Assembly: GCA_030295235.1 (NCBI GenBank)
Contig: AP026141.1
Coordinates: 124,001 to 188,000 of the forward strand
DNA: 64,000 bases
Direction of reading: 5' to 3'
Origin: Fistulifera solaris
Lineage: Eukaryota
Part shown: piece by piece, positions 38,820 to 50,952 of the stretch
Layout: each line of letters begins with the position of its first letter
Position numbering within the stretch: the first letter of the stretch is position 1
Program-made: the position numbers and the translations under genes
Notes under the pieces: generated by a model
What the model saw: only the letters and a program-made list of their open reading frames with translations
Database searches by the model: none
Told to the model about the DNA's origin: nothing

Positions 38820-40150
38820 TTCAAGAAATTCTAAAAGTAAGGTGTCTACGGTCTGACAGAAATCCTGTGAAATTTCCAGAAAAACTGGAAAATCGGTGAG
38901 CCAACAAAACTTCAGTGAGCGTTCCAGAAAATCTGAATTCATCGGTGTTCCAACTTATGTACGACCCAACAATACACCTGGTCCAGAATTTCTGGACCAT
39001 CCACAGAATTTCTGTTTGACAGAATACCGATTCCAGAATTTCTGGAATATGGGAATATGTTTTCTCAAACCCAAAACACCGATTCCAGAATTTCCGGATT
39101 GTGCACAAACCCTCTATGCGACGCAAAGCACTTTAATCCAAAATATCTGGAAGTCTCGCAGAATTGCTGCACGACCCAAAACACCGATTCCAGAATTTCT
39201 GGAAAATGCACAAAACCCTTGTCAGACGGGGAAGCCCCGATCCCGAAATTTCTGAAACGTGCACAGAATCACTGTCTCGCCTCAATCACCGGATCGAAAA
39301 TATCTGGAAGTCTCGCTGAACTTCTGTACGACCCAATACACCTGGTCCAGAATTTCTGGACCATCCACAGAATTTCTGTTTGACAGAATACCGATTCCAG
39401 AATTTCTGGAATATGGGAATATGTTATCTAAAAACACAAACCCCGATTCCAGAATTTCTGGATTGTGCACAGAAGCTCTATGCGACGCAAAGCACTTTAA
39501 TCAAAATATTTGGAAGTCTCGCAGAATTGCTGCACGACCCAAAACACCGATTCCAGAATTTCTGGAAAATGCACAAAACCCTTGTCTGACGGGAAGCCCC
39601 GATCCGGAAATATCTGAAGCATGCACACAATCACTGTCTCGCCTCAATCACCGGATCGAAAATATCTGGAAGTCTCGCAGGCACTCTGTGGCCCAATGGT
39701 AACCCCAAGGCTCCCGTCGTCGGGGGCTTGGGAGTTCAAGTCGGATGAAAGAAACTGATATCGAATCCTCCCTCGCCACCGCCATCACACGTGGCAAATG
39801 TGGTGTTTCTGAATTTTTTTCCGCCGTTTAGACACCGCTTCTACTTCTACTGGGTTGAGGATCTGCTGTCTGCTGGGAGATGGGCGATCGGAATCTGTAG
39901 TAATGTAGAATAATCAATTAGTAGAAATGCGGCTAGATGGGTCTATAATGTCAGATTGCCGACATCCGGCATCCCCGGTTGGAGCCAGATTGACGCACAC
40001 TCATTCAGAAATTCCGCGGACGTTCCAAACGATCTGGAATCGGTGTTTGGCGTGAGACAGAAATCCTGTGTATTCTGAAAACTCTGGATTTCGTAATATA
40101 GAAATTCTGTTGAAGTTTCAGAAAATCTAGAAATGGTGTTTTGGGTCGTC
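38820..40150. repeat. Satellite of ~52-bp TCCAGAATTTCTGGA-palindrome units, including a 364-bp higher-order duplication and inverted degenerate arms
   Basis: CCTGGTCCAGAATTTCTGGACC at 38977 and 39341 (offset 364). Reverse-orientation units (GGAATCGGTG) at ~38820-38950 and ~40000-40150. Confidence 0.85.
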
Positions 40151-40392
40151 TCTAAGGTTGCCAGTCGCCGTGAAAAGGCACCTGAATAGTATAAACCCGA
40201 GTGCAATGATTGAGAAAGTTTGGCAATGACTTCGTTTACCCCGCTCAATGAGTTCAAATTATCAGTGAGAAGTTCAACGGCAAGAACCCATTGCTATGTA
40301 GTATAACGTAATACTGATTATAAGAATAGGCCGTTTTGCGCATAGCCGCAACTGCGCGATTTATTGCAACTTCTTAATTTATTTGAATAACT

Positions 40393-41358
40393 TTACGGAC
40401 TTGCCGCATGGAGCGAGTTGGCTGTCACTGTGCCACTCGTGAATACGGAGGCTACCATCGACATGATGGCTCCCCAGCGACACAGCTGGAACTGCAGATC
40501 AATATCTTTTTTCTGTACCGAAAGCTTCTTGTCGAGGGACCACTTCTGCAGGGTATCCGCACACGCGAACAAGGCCCACGAAATGACCGCGCCAAACAAA
40601 GGGGCTTGGCGCGCGACCGTACAAATCAGTCCCAAACCACTAGCTAAAACAGCCGATCCGTGTCCGAGCCAGCGAAGTATTGCCACTGCCTCTTCTCCTT
40701 TCTTTTTCCTGGGATTATTTCGGAACAAAACAGCGTAGACACTACCATTCCAGTTGAGAAGGGATGCCGCACACATCCAGCCAAAATGCAGCGTTAATGG
40801 TAGCCCAAATAACAAATAAGCCGCAACACCCAAAGGGCGCGATAGACTGTACGCTCGATGGGCACGACTCAAGGCATACGCCGTCATGGTTAAGAAAAGT
40901 GGAGCGATCACGGCAGAGGATGCATTCGCCATGTACTTTTTCCGAAATGCCGCGGTCCACAGAATCTGACAGATTTGCGCGACCATAAACGCCGGCCAAA
41001 TCTTGGACAAAGAAAGCGCCGTTCGGGATCTGGATTTCACAAACAATGCTCCTACCGAGGACATAAATTCACCCGCAAAGATCGGTCCCCAAATCGCAAA
41101 GGCCCAACCGGCGGGAAACACCAAGGGTCGCACTCTCGGCAGCATCTTGAGATCCGTAGACTCCCCATCGAGACGTCCGGGTCGAGATGTCGCCAACACA
41201 TTGAGAAGAAAGAGTAACGCATTGCTGGTTTTCAAAACAGACCAGGGAATGCGACCGGACAAACAGGCCTGCTCGAAGGCCGGCAAGACGGAAACAGCGG
41301 CGGCGCCGGCCGAAACGACCAGAGCCGGATTGTTCAACGTTTCGAGAGCAGCCGTCAT
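40393..41358 (-). CDS. Multi-pass membrane protein, TspO/tryptophan-rich sensory protein-like
   Basis: PAGWAFAIWGPIF and LHFGWMCAASLLN motifs; ~7-8 hydrophobic segments. Confidence 0.6.
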   Translation of the reverse strand: MTAALETLNNPALVVSAGAAAVSVLPAFEQACLSGRIPWSVLKTSNALLFLLNVLATSRPGRLDGESTDLKMLPRVRPLVFPAGWAFAIWGPIFAGEFMSSVGALFVKSRSRTALSLSKIWPAFMVAQICQILWTAAFRKKYMANASSAVIAPLFLTMTAYALSRAHRAYSLSRPLGVAAYLLFGLPLTLHFGWMCAASLLNWNGSVYAVLFRNNPRKKKGEEAVAILRWLGHGSAVLASGLGLICTVARQAPLFGAVISWALFACADTLQKWSLDKKLSVQKKDIDLQFQLCRWGAIMSMVASVFTSGTVTANSLHAASP

Positions 41359-41561
41359 TGATAGTAGGAGAATTAACGTTTATTTGGTTCCAATGGCAGA
41401 CAACAAAATCTTGACGAAAAAAATGACGTTGGTTGTTGTAGTTTATTTCGACGCGCAGTTTAGCGTTTGGGATACCGAAACCACCAAAACGCATGGAATG
41501 AATCGACTTTCCCACATTTTCTGGGAACGTGAAATAATAGCACTTCCTTTTTCGTTGACCT

Positions 41562-42541
41562 TGAATTTTCACTATGAAACGGAGTGTTAGTTTACAACAT
41601 CCAAGACTGAATGATACAGTAGTCATGAACCGAACAGCAAAGGATTCCGTTTTACGTCTCGCGCATCCGTCCATTCTCATTCAACTGCGAATATAATTAT
41701 GATTACGGCCGAATAAAGTCACAATGATGACTCTGAACTACATGTTAAGAGTTTTTATTTCACGTCGAAATAATCCGAGGATCGACAGCATGAATTTTCA
41801 CTATTAAACGGAGTGTTGGTTTACAACATCCAAGACTGGATTGTACAGTAGTCATGAACCGAACAACAAAGGGTTCCGTTTTGCGTCTCTCGCATCCGTC
41901 CATTCTCATTCATCTGCGAATATAATTATGATTACGGGTGAATAAAGTCGCAATGATGATTCTGAACTACTTGTTAAGATTTTTTTATTTCACGTCGAAA
42001 TAATCCGAGGATTGACACCATGAATTTTTCACTATGAAACGGAGTGTCAGTTTACAACATCCAAGACTAAATGGTACAGTAGTCATGAACCGAACAACAA
42101 AGGGTTCCGTTTTGCGTCTCTCGCATCCGTCCATTCTCATTCAACTGCGAATATAATTATGATTACGGCTGAATAAAGTCACAATGATGATTCTGAACTA
42201 CTTGTTAAAAGTTTCTTTTATTTCCACGTCGAAAATATTCGAAGATCGACACCTTGAATTTTCACTATGAAACGGAGTGTTGGTTTACGCCAGCCAAGAC
42301 TGGATTGTACAGTAGTCATGAACCGAACAACAAAGGGTTCCGTTTTGCGTCTCTCGCATCCGTCCATTCTCATTCAACTGCAAAAATAATACTAATTATA
42401 GATAAATAAAGTTGCAACAATGATGATTCTAAACTACTTGTTAAGAGTTTCTTTTAATTTCACGTCGAAAAATTGGAGGATTGACACCCTGAATTTTTCA
42501 CTATGAAACGGAGTGTTGGTTTACACCATCCAAGACTGGAT
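41562..42541. repeat. ~230-bp tandem repeat, 4.2 copies
   Basis: TGAATTTT(T)CACTAT unit starts at 41562, 41791, 42021, 42255 and 42490; units are highly similar. Confidence 0.95.
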
Positions 42542-42549
42542 GTTTCGAG

Positions 42550-42825
42550 TCAGACACAGATTCTAGAGGATTTCCAGAAGATCTGGAACCGGGCGTTTCT
42601 TGTCAAATAAATTAGAGATTTTGTAGCTGTTTCAGAAAATCTGGAATGGATCGTTGTTATGTGGGTCATAGAGAGAATTTGTGGTCGTTCTTGAAATTCT
42701 ACTAGTAATTTTTTTTGAGTCATGCAGAAATTCCACATTTCTTCCAGAAAATCTGGATTTGGTGTAATGGTGATACCTGGTACAGAGATTTAGTGGAAGT
42801 TTTAGAAGTTCTGGAATCGTTGTGG
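42550..42825. repeat. Degenerate ~52-bp palindrome-family units
   Basis: TTCCAGAAGATCTGGAA, TTTCAGAAAATCTGGAA, TTCCAGAAAATCTGGAT and TTTAGAAGTTCTGGAATCG. Confidence 0.7.
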
Positions 42826-43237
42826 ACCCGCGAGCATGGAGCATGGATGGGCATTTATTATGAATACCTGTTTTGTAACTGCTGTTGAGCGCAATTAACA
42901 CCACACCAATGACAAAGAATTGATATAGTCCGATGTTCCCCTCGCAATGCGGAGTTTTCCCTAAAAAATTGCCTAGAGCGGGATTGAAATCGGACGGAGA
43001 GAAAAATTTTGTCAACGATGTATTGAAACCATTGTTGTTCAATCAACAAGATTCTCAGATAGCTTATGCTGGCCATCGCATCTGGAGAGTTTTCGTTTGG
43101 TTCGGCCTGCATGTTGTATCAGATAGTAATAGCGTTCCTTCTCACTTCACGGTTTTCTAGCGCACAGACGCGCTGTTTGCCAAACCAGTCTTCTGTGACC
43201 TGTGTTCATTTTCTTTACAAGTCCTTCGTGTTGGCAT

Positions 43238-44044
43238 TCAATCGACAAATGAGAATGTCTTTTCTTCCTCGGAAAGATCCTCCTTCACCAGATTACGAGC
43301 GACTTCCATGACGCCGGCCACACTTCTTCCATAGTCGATAATGGTCCTTCGTAGCACGTTTTCTCTCAGTCGGACACCTTGAATCGACTTTGCTGTCACC
43401 ACGATTTCGTCAATCTCTTCGTTCGACAGGATGCGATTGCCATCTTTGTCCATAGCCAATGCAACAGTGACGAGATTGTGCAGTAACTCTGCTTTCCTAT
43501 TGCAAGCCATTTCCCTTAACACTTGCTTGGACTCTTCCAAATGTGTTTGAATCTCGTCGAGCGACGCTATATTTAAAGTTTTGACGTCTTCGAGTGTGTG
43601 TTCTAGCTGTGGTAGACTAGAGAAAGGAAAACGTTTAAGAAGTACCTCCTTGCACTCGAAACTGACCATCGTATTGACTTACTGTGAAGCAGAGGCACTC
43701 AATTCCTCCTCCTGGTGCTGCAATCGCGTGTTTTCCACTTGTAGTCTCCCTACCTCATCTTGCATTCGCACATTCGTTTCGGCCAAAACGCGAACTTGCA
43801 CGAGCTTTCGTTGTTGAAACAGAGCGTACGGCGCTAGCAGCATTCCAAATACACTGGACCAGAACACCGATGCTTGTGACGAAAATAGAACTAACAGCAA
43901 ATTTGTTCCGAATCCAAGACCAGCCAATGCTGTAACGATCTTTTCTTTGGACGTAGAACCTTCGGGTATCTCCGGAAGCGGTTCTTGCACAAGCGGGGTT
44001 CCTTCTCCGACCTCTACTCGGTAAAGAACATCTACTGATGGCAT
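43238..44044 (-). CDS. Uncharacterised membrane protein with coiled coil and EF-hand-like loop
   Basis: Two TM segments, heptads, MDKDGNRILSNEEI. An intron at ~43608-43682 joins the two ORFs. Confidence 0.65.
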
Positions 44045-44401
44045 TTTCTTTATGTGGAGTGAAAAAGAATCTGTTGGCAAAGACGCAATGAAGTGGGGTA
44101 ACGATGAACGTTGACAAACAATAAAAATGAGCGCAGCTATCGTCGTATATCGCGTTGCGGGTGCGAGTCACGCTTTCAGTCCCGTACAGTGTATCAGTTA
44201 TCAATAATTATTCATTCGCTGCAGCTATGTACCAGGTATGCACTTATTATTCGCAAAACACTATTCGCGTAGCCACTTAAAAGCCCATCGTAAGATAAAA
44301 GCCCATCTTAAGATAATCGGTATAGTACGGTGTAGCATGAACAAAAGGAACATCGCAAAAGCTGTAGCTCTTTTATAGCATTTATCTTATCAAAATTTCA
44401 G

Positions 44402-47400
44402 CTAAATTCGAGACGTTAACGTCATAGCAACAACAATGTTCGACAATCCGTCTTCTTTCGTTTGGTATTTAACATTGAGATGGCAAGGATTTCGGTCGTC
44501 ACTGTTCATTAATACATATTCCTGGATGGATGGCTCTGTTTCAGATACTTTTCCTCGATTATTTTGATCGTTTGCATCGGATGCAAGAATTATTTCCTGT
44601 ATTTTCTTGTCGCTTATTTCAATTTGTGATCCTGGTGGCTTCGTCATGATGCTTTCTACGAGACGTACTTGATGCGGTAGTTTGTTTAACAAGGATCTGG
44701 CTCGTGCTACTTGGACTTCCGCTTCACCAAGTGCTAGACAGGCCCGCCCACAAGCGGCCAAAGATTCGATACTAACGACACTCATCAAGTTTGTAGAATC
44801 CGCCGTCGTTCGGTCTCCAAACGTGGCATCGTGCGCAAGATGGCCCAACGCAGAAACGACGTGCTCTCGAAAGCGTACCAAGCTAGATCGAACCACACTA
44901 ACTGTAACGGCCTCGCCAGCGGAAACAACCAACGTGAAGTACGACATGGCCAAGTTCACTGCCATAACTTGGCAAAGCAAACTCGCCGGGTGAATTGTTT
45001 CTAAGTAATCAATTGCCATCTCAACGGAGGTCGACGCATCAAAAAGTGGAGCCTGGTCGACTGCTGGGATAGGTTTCGCCTCATCCCACGTTCGCGCCCA
45101 AAACTTGCGGATGTCATCGATCACACGAATGGCTTCTGCTGCTTTGTCTGAGTTCATGCCTGGTGACATCGCGGATTCACCATCTAATTTACCGGTAAAA
45201 AAGTCCTTTTGATCAAAGCCTTCAAGCGGATTATCAGGATTGCCGTACCTTAATTTGAATACTTTGAGTCGCAGATCAAAAGAACAAAGTAAAAGAAAGA
45301 GGTTTTGACTTACCAGTTCACAAAATCCTCAAAGACAGCCCCAGGATTAGCTGCCTTAAATGCTTGCATGTCACTTAGAAGTTTAGGATGCTGTAGACGT
45401 TGGGCCACTTCGATACGGTGCTTCATTGTCGAACTTCCTTTGACGTTTTTCTGGCGAGACATCATCGCCCGACGTTGTGCCACTACGTCGTCTGTTAGAG
45501 GCATTGGTCTTTGGAGGTAAGGAGCGTATACCTGATCAGCTCTTCGAATCAAAGTCGACCCCATGACTGGACACCGAACGCCTTTGCGAGCCCCAACTGT
45601 CGCATCTCCATTCGGCTCGACATAACTACCTTCCTCTGCGTCAAAAAACATGGACATCCTTGACATGTGACTCCGATAGGTTGACTGACTACGTGCTGTA
45701 CCATGGCTCCTAACTGTGGAGTCGTCAGCATCCCTCATCGAAGGGAAGTTTTTTCCAGGTAGAGAGTCTACGATAGTATCCTTCATGTAATTACCACCAA
45801 AGCTAATTGTTTGCATAAAAGAATTCTCCGAAATGTCGTCATCATCGTCATCCATTCCTTCATCTAGGTCTTCTATTTCATTCATCTCTTTGTTTATCAT
45901 ACTTTCCACGCAAATATTGAACACCTGGTTGACAATGCCATAGATATGTTGAGGAAACAGAACATGGTTTGCTAGAAGAACCATAATGCAAACGCACGAC
46001 GTACCTGTAGCTTTTGTCCAATCAGGCAATGTAAATCGTCCGGATCTGGTTCAAAACTGTTTATTAATGCAGCAAGCTTCGCACCACTTCCGACCGCAGA
46101 AAAGCATTTCTTTTTATACGACGAATCGAACGGAGGATCGAGTCCAGGCACGAAATTCATATTTGGTAAGTTCTCCCGTCTTTCCCACCGCTGCCTTAGT
46201 TCTTCAATGAATACTTTCCATACAAGGACCATTGATGGTGGAGAATGAACATTTGCCATGCGAACAAAAAGTAAAGACACAAGTCGTCCAGGTGGAGCTG
46301 ACTTTTGCAATGCAGTCCAATCTTCAGTTTGCAGCTCAAACAAATTTCTGGTTGGGGGCGTCGGAAATGACAAGGCTATTCGACCATCTAGAACTTCCCT
46401 GACGATGGCTTCTGCTTGGTCTCGGTCAATCATACTCTCGATAGCATTCTTCCAATCCATTGCAGTAACTTTTTTAATTGAGAAGAAACAAAATGAGAAA
46501 CTTTTTAGCCCCTGCTCCATCCGCGTGTTCGGTTCCACTTACCCAAAGCTTTCGTCGAATCGTCAACGCTCGCGCGAACCGCCACGGAATGTGCGATTCG
46601 ATTTCCCGCCTCAATATCCCAATTGGAAATCACTGATTCGGTTATTAAATGCGTCAGTAGAGTCTCTCGCGGCAACGTCGAAGCGCGGATAAGGGCAGCG
46701 AGGACACAGCGCTGTGTGGCCGCCAATGACGCTTCGGAAGTCTCTGCGTCGTAAAATACCTTGAAGTGAAACGTGGTCGGCCGACTTTTATCGAGAACAC
46801 TCTGTTCAATGGATCGTTCCATTTCTAAACGGTCATCCCGAGTCACAGTTGATCTTGTCTTCAACGGTAAAGTCACTAATGGTATGCGGTCACCCGATAC
46901 ATCCCGGCTTTTGGAACTAGAAAATGGCGAAGGACTGTTCCACGTAATAATTGCATGCATTGATCCTATTGGATCATCTCTGGGTCCCCAACTTGGATTT
47001 GTACCCGACGAACCCGAAAAGCGCTCCAGCAGACGAAGCGCCGTCAATCTAGACTCATGTCGGTAGGATTCAATCGGCTCTCGGGGAAGTGAGTCGGGAG
47101 GTTGCTCTCGCCATGACTGTACGTCTCGAAAGCGATCCCCCAACCCTGCGAGAAAGCTCTGAGACTTTTTGGTGGCTGGTTTGTACCACGAATAAATATG
47201 CCGCGCCGCCCACAATTGCACCGTGTCATCGGCACGACAGTGTTGGAGGAGTACAGAACCCCATGTCGTCCACCGTATATCATCGAGCCATTTCTTTTCT
47301 CGATCGAGTGATGTGCACCAAAAGGTCGCCATACACTCGTTGGATCGCACTTGTCCCGATACCATCGGTGGCATTTGACGCTCATTGCAGTGCGCCGTTA

Positions 47401-48157
47401 GCTGTCGTCCTTTGGGAAGGTATGGCTCCACGGTCTTGCACGGCAATGAATGCATCCAAGTCGGTAATATGGACAATACCGGAGTGGTGTGTACTACCGG
47501 TGGCAGCATGGCGTCATGCGATGCTCGAGAAGGGTTGTAGGAGCCCCACACCCCAATCAAAGGAAAGCAACAATGACAGAAACTCGCCGCAATATTCAGT
47601 GCCGATTGCAACCAACCCGACAGAATACTCTGCAAAATATCCTGACTCGTTCTCGACTTTTCGTGTCGTTGCAATATGGATTGATACAAATGAATCAACA
47701 AATCTTCGGGAAGTTGTTCCGGGTTGACTGGTGCTAACGTAATGTGTTGTCCAATGCCAAAGACGTGAGAAAAATTCTCCATACTATCGAGTGGCAGATC
47801 GATGCCGGCCGTGACACGTTGCAGTGAAAACGGAAGATGATCGTGTTCATCATTGGCTGGCACGGATCGTGATTGGGGTGCATCCCAGAGACACAATTCT
47901 AAATTGATTTGGGTGGCAATTCTTTGACCGGAGAGTAAATGAAAGGACAAGGCCCACACAATGGAGTCCGATCGAATCAATGCGACACGGTGTCGATCTT
48001 CTTTGCTTTCAGAGGTTTTGGAATGTACGGAAACGTGTCGATCACTGCCCTGATCGACATGCCACGCCCGCAATCGCGTTTCAACATCCCGAGCAAGGCG
48101 TTCGAGTGATGTGGAACACGAATAGTCAATGTATTCGTCATGAGCGTTCGATTGCAT
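44402..48157 (-). CDS. RAB3GAP1: Rab3 GTPase-activating protein catalytic subunit
   Basis: N-terminal DYSCSTSLERLARDVE, KSAPPG, CLIGQKLQ, VYAPYLQ, LLSDMQAFKAANPGAVFEDFVNWY; multi-exon. Confidence 0.85.
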
Positions 48158-48713
48158 TTTTGCTGCTTCTGCTTTGAGTTGTCAAGTTCGTTTTTGAAGG
48201 AAGAGCACCGTTATTATTTCGAAAATGGCTTTCGAACGCAAAACAGGAAAGAATGCTTTTCTTTTTTCTTATCGAGAAACGTTAACGCTCTGGATTCTTC
48301 TTCAGATTCATCGACCGCCGCAGCCCTTCCCTGATGCGACAATTGCGTTCCTTTTATTGTAAACAGTGGTTTGTCGACGCTCTTTCTGTTTCAATCAAAC
48401 AAAAACAGTAGTTGAAGGCAAAACGTCATCGATCATTATCGATCCTATCTTCATTCATTCAAGCGTTCAAGCGCAACAAACTCACGTTGCTGGAAAACCC
48501 CGCACCGGTTTTTGTGCATTAGTCAAGAAACATCATTCTTTAGATACGGGATTTAGTACCGAACGACACAGTATTTCTAGAGCGTAGGCTCTACCGCCAT
48601 GTTTCTCGCGAAACAAAAAACAACAATTAACAATTACACGGAGTAATAACGTCAACACCTTTCATCATCTCTTATGCTTCCTGTTCTTCTTCACTTTATC
48701 ATTTGCTAAAACA

Positions 48714-49206
48714 ATGAACTCATTTTCAATAATATCAGTAATAACACTTTGTTTTTTTTGGTGAAATCGCCACTGCACACGACAGCTGCACCGTCCTCGA
48801 ATCGTGTCATCGCTGTACGGACGGAGATCGACGCGATCATCCCGAATGTCAATCGACCGGTATTATTTCCATTACGAAGTGCTCTACGGAAGAAGAGGAA
48901 TCGGTCATATATCAAGTATGCCAACGAACGAAAGCGGATGATGAATTTTTAATGATTCAATTGCAAATGTTCTGTTTGCTGTTGGGCGTGGTGTCCTTCC
49001 TCTCGGTCCGGCGACAACGAACGACCGCATCGAGTTTATTTGATCAGCGGCAGCGCATGAAAACTCCCAGGGCTGCTACTGCAGGTACCATTGAATTAGG
49101 AACGGCGAGTAAGACGCGAAATAATAATCATGAGGGCGTTCTTTCGCGCATGAATTCGCGAGACGAAGAAAAAGTGCCTCTCACACAACCCGTTGATGTA
49201 ATTTAG
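48714..49206 (+). CDS. Small type I membrane protein, JTB (jumping translocation breakpoint)-like; only its 3' end appears in the ORF track
   Basis: Signal peptide from ATG 48714, with a frameshift in the poly-T at ~48752-48759. Then CTVLESCHRC...ECQSTG...KC...VCQRT (6 Cys), a TM helix and VRRQR. Confidence 0.6.
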
Positions 49207-49314
49207 CTCGAATGTATACATTTATTATAGAAACCACCATGGCAGTACAAGAAGATATTTGCAAGTAAGGATATGCTTTGAAGCCAACAAAATATACTAT
49301 TGATTTTTAACGAG

Positions 49315-50952
49315 TTATTTAAAGCAATACGCGGCCGCTTCTTTTAGCTGTTGCAGACTTGATTCTTCATTTTCATTCAGAATAGTAAACTCAAAGACAC
49401 CACTGGAAATACCATATTCGACTTCTTTCACGACTTCACGAATTTTGTTGCGAATGGTGCTTTCCCGGGTTTCCTCTTCGTCAATCACAATGGCTCCAGA
49501 ATCAATCGCGTCCCCCAAACGTTTCTCAAATTCATCCACACTGTTCAAACCTACCCATACTCCAATAATACGAAGACCCGGAATTCGTGTCAGTTTCTTG
49601 GATAACTCGACGCTGGCATCCACAATGACAACCGATTGGTTTTGCGCCGCGGCCGCCGCCGAAGAAAGAAGTCCTTCTTTCGTCATGCCTCCTTCCGTCA
49701 AGAGCTCACCCCGTTGTGCCAGTCGCTCATAGGTGGCGGGATCGGACATGGGATCGATTTTGCTCGGCTCCACAAAACGACCTTCTCCTTCGGCCAAAAG
49801 ACGCTTCACTAATTCGCTGCGACCCGTCGCTTGCGGGCCCGATACCAAAAGAATGGTGGGCAAGCCAGCATTGGAGGTAGTTTCTACAGCTCTCGTGGAG
49901 GATTGCGCCAACTGGAGCGCCATTCCGACACTTCCGGGTACTTGCAGTCCTGTATCATTCTGATTGGTAGTGTCTGTGAACGCTTCCTGCAGCTGAACAG
50001 CAAAGAGTGGTAAACGGTACGTCAAGAAACCCAACATCGCCGCACCAAACTGTTCGGCCGTCACATAATCAAACGTTCCTTTCCCGGCGACCGGACTCGC
50101 TGCTCCACGACTCTGATTGTACAAGGCTACGCCGACCAACACAATCAAGGGCATGGCAAATCGCAAATTCGATATCCCTTTGCCCATTTTCGCTTCGGGG
50201 GAAGCAATCGTGTCTGTCTTGACCGACAGTAAAAAGAGATACACTAAACTACTAAGCGCACCCGCACAATAAATGGCCGCATCTTCCGTGCCTTTTACGA
50301 AATCGACGACGACCGTGCCGGCGGCACCCGTGAGAGCGACAAATTTGAATATTTTGGTTTTGATCGATCCGTACAGTTCCCAATCTTGCGCCACCACATC
50401 GGTGTTAACAATCCGGACCGGTCCCGTATAATCGTCCAGGTCGTAGGTTTCGGCCCGCACTTTGGGCACTCGATTGGGGCCCATGGGCAATTTGAAGGCA
50501 TTTTCACTTTGCACGAAACTGGCTAAAATGGGACTCACGGCATCAATGTCACGCAATACCTTTTTTCCTCTCCGTTGTTGGGACGAATATTCGGCAAAAT
50601 ATCCGTCTCCGACATCTTCAAGAGGCGTCACTTCAATCAACCATCCAGTTGTGCCTCCGGGTTGAATGAAGGAAATCTTCCCCACCAACGCTTGTCCATC
50701 GACACGACCGCCATCGAGATCGTAATAACGCACAATATCCCCAATTGCTGGATGTAATGACTTTTTGGCAGTTTTTGTTGCTTGGCTACTTTCTTCTCGT
50801 TGCGGAACGTACGCCGCGTAAATGACGCGTGGCTTTCGAAACGTTTCAACAATGGTGACGGCTGTTTTTGTCAACAGTGGCGATAGGGTAAAGGCAAGGC
50901 ACGATGGCGCCCATAACAGAGAAAGGATCCAGCAGTGTCGTATAGCTGTCAT
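49315..50952 (-). CDS. Plastid-targeted CGL160/AtpI-like membrane domain fused to guanylate-kinase-like domain
   Basis: Signal peptide plus CLA|FTL; four TM segments ending LRFAMP...LGFLTYRLPL; then LLVSGPQATGRSELVKRLL...FEFTILNEN. Confidence 0.7.
   Translation of the reverse strand: MTAIRHCWILSLLWAPSCLAFTLSPLLTKTAVTIVETFRKPRVIYAAYVPQREESSQATKTAKKSLHPAIGDIVRYYDLDGGRVDGQALVGKISFIQPGGTTGWLIEVTPLEDVGDGYFAEYSSQQRRGKKVLRDIDAVSPILASFVQSENAFKLPMGPNRVPKVRAETYDLDDYTGPVRIVNTDVVAQDWELYGSIKTKIFKFVALTGAAGTVVVDFVKGTEDAAIYCAGALSSLVYLFLLSVKTDTIASPEAKMGKGISNLRFAMPLIVLVGVALYNQSRGAASPVAGKGTFDYVTAEQFGAAMLGFLTYRLPLFAVQLQEAFTDTTNQNDTGLQVPGSVGMALQLAQSSTRAVETTSNAGLPTILLVSGPQATGRSELVKRLLAEGEGRFVEPSKIDPMSDPATYERLAQRGELLTEGGMTKEGLLSSAAAAAQNQSVVIVDASVELSKKLTRIPGLRIIGVWVGLNSVDEFEKRLGDAIDSGAIVIDEEETRESTIRNKIREVVKEVEYGISSGVFEFTILNENEESSLQQLKEAAAYCFK

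Noticed and set aside
38754..39702. Multiple ORFs across the satellite (also 12542-13786)
   Set aside because: Open frames on both strands arise from stop-poor repeats; no protein-family signal.
39682..39750. tRNA/SINE-like A-box (TGGCCCAATGG) and B-box-like (GAGTTCAAGTC) words
   Set aside because: No T-stem or acceptor-stem pairing, and the A-box overlaps the tail of the satellite unit. Not callable as a tRNA.
41562..42541. 5S rRNA, spliced-leader or TIGR-like guide array
   Set aside because: No recognisable 5S or snRNA sequence. Units are near-identical with no variable guides, and the C/D-like words abut with no guide between them.
44279..44316. 19-bp direct duplication AAAAGCCCATC(G/T)TAAGATA
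   Set aside because: Two copies only; a simple slippage duplication with no further support.
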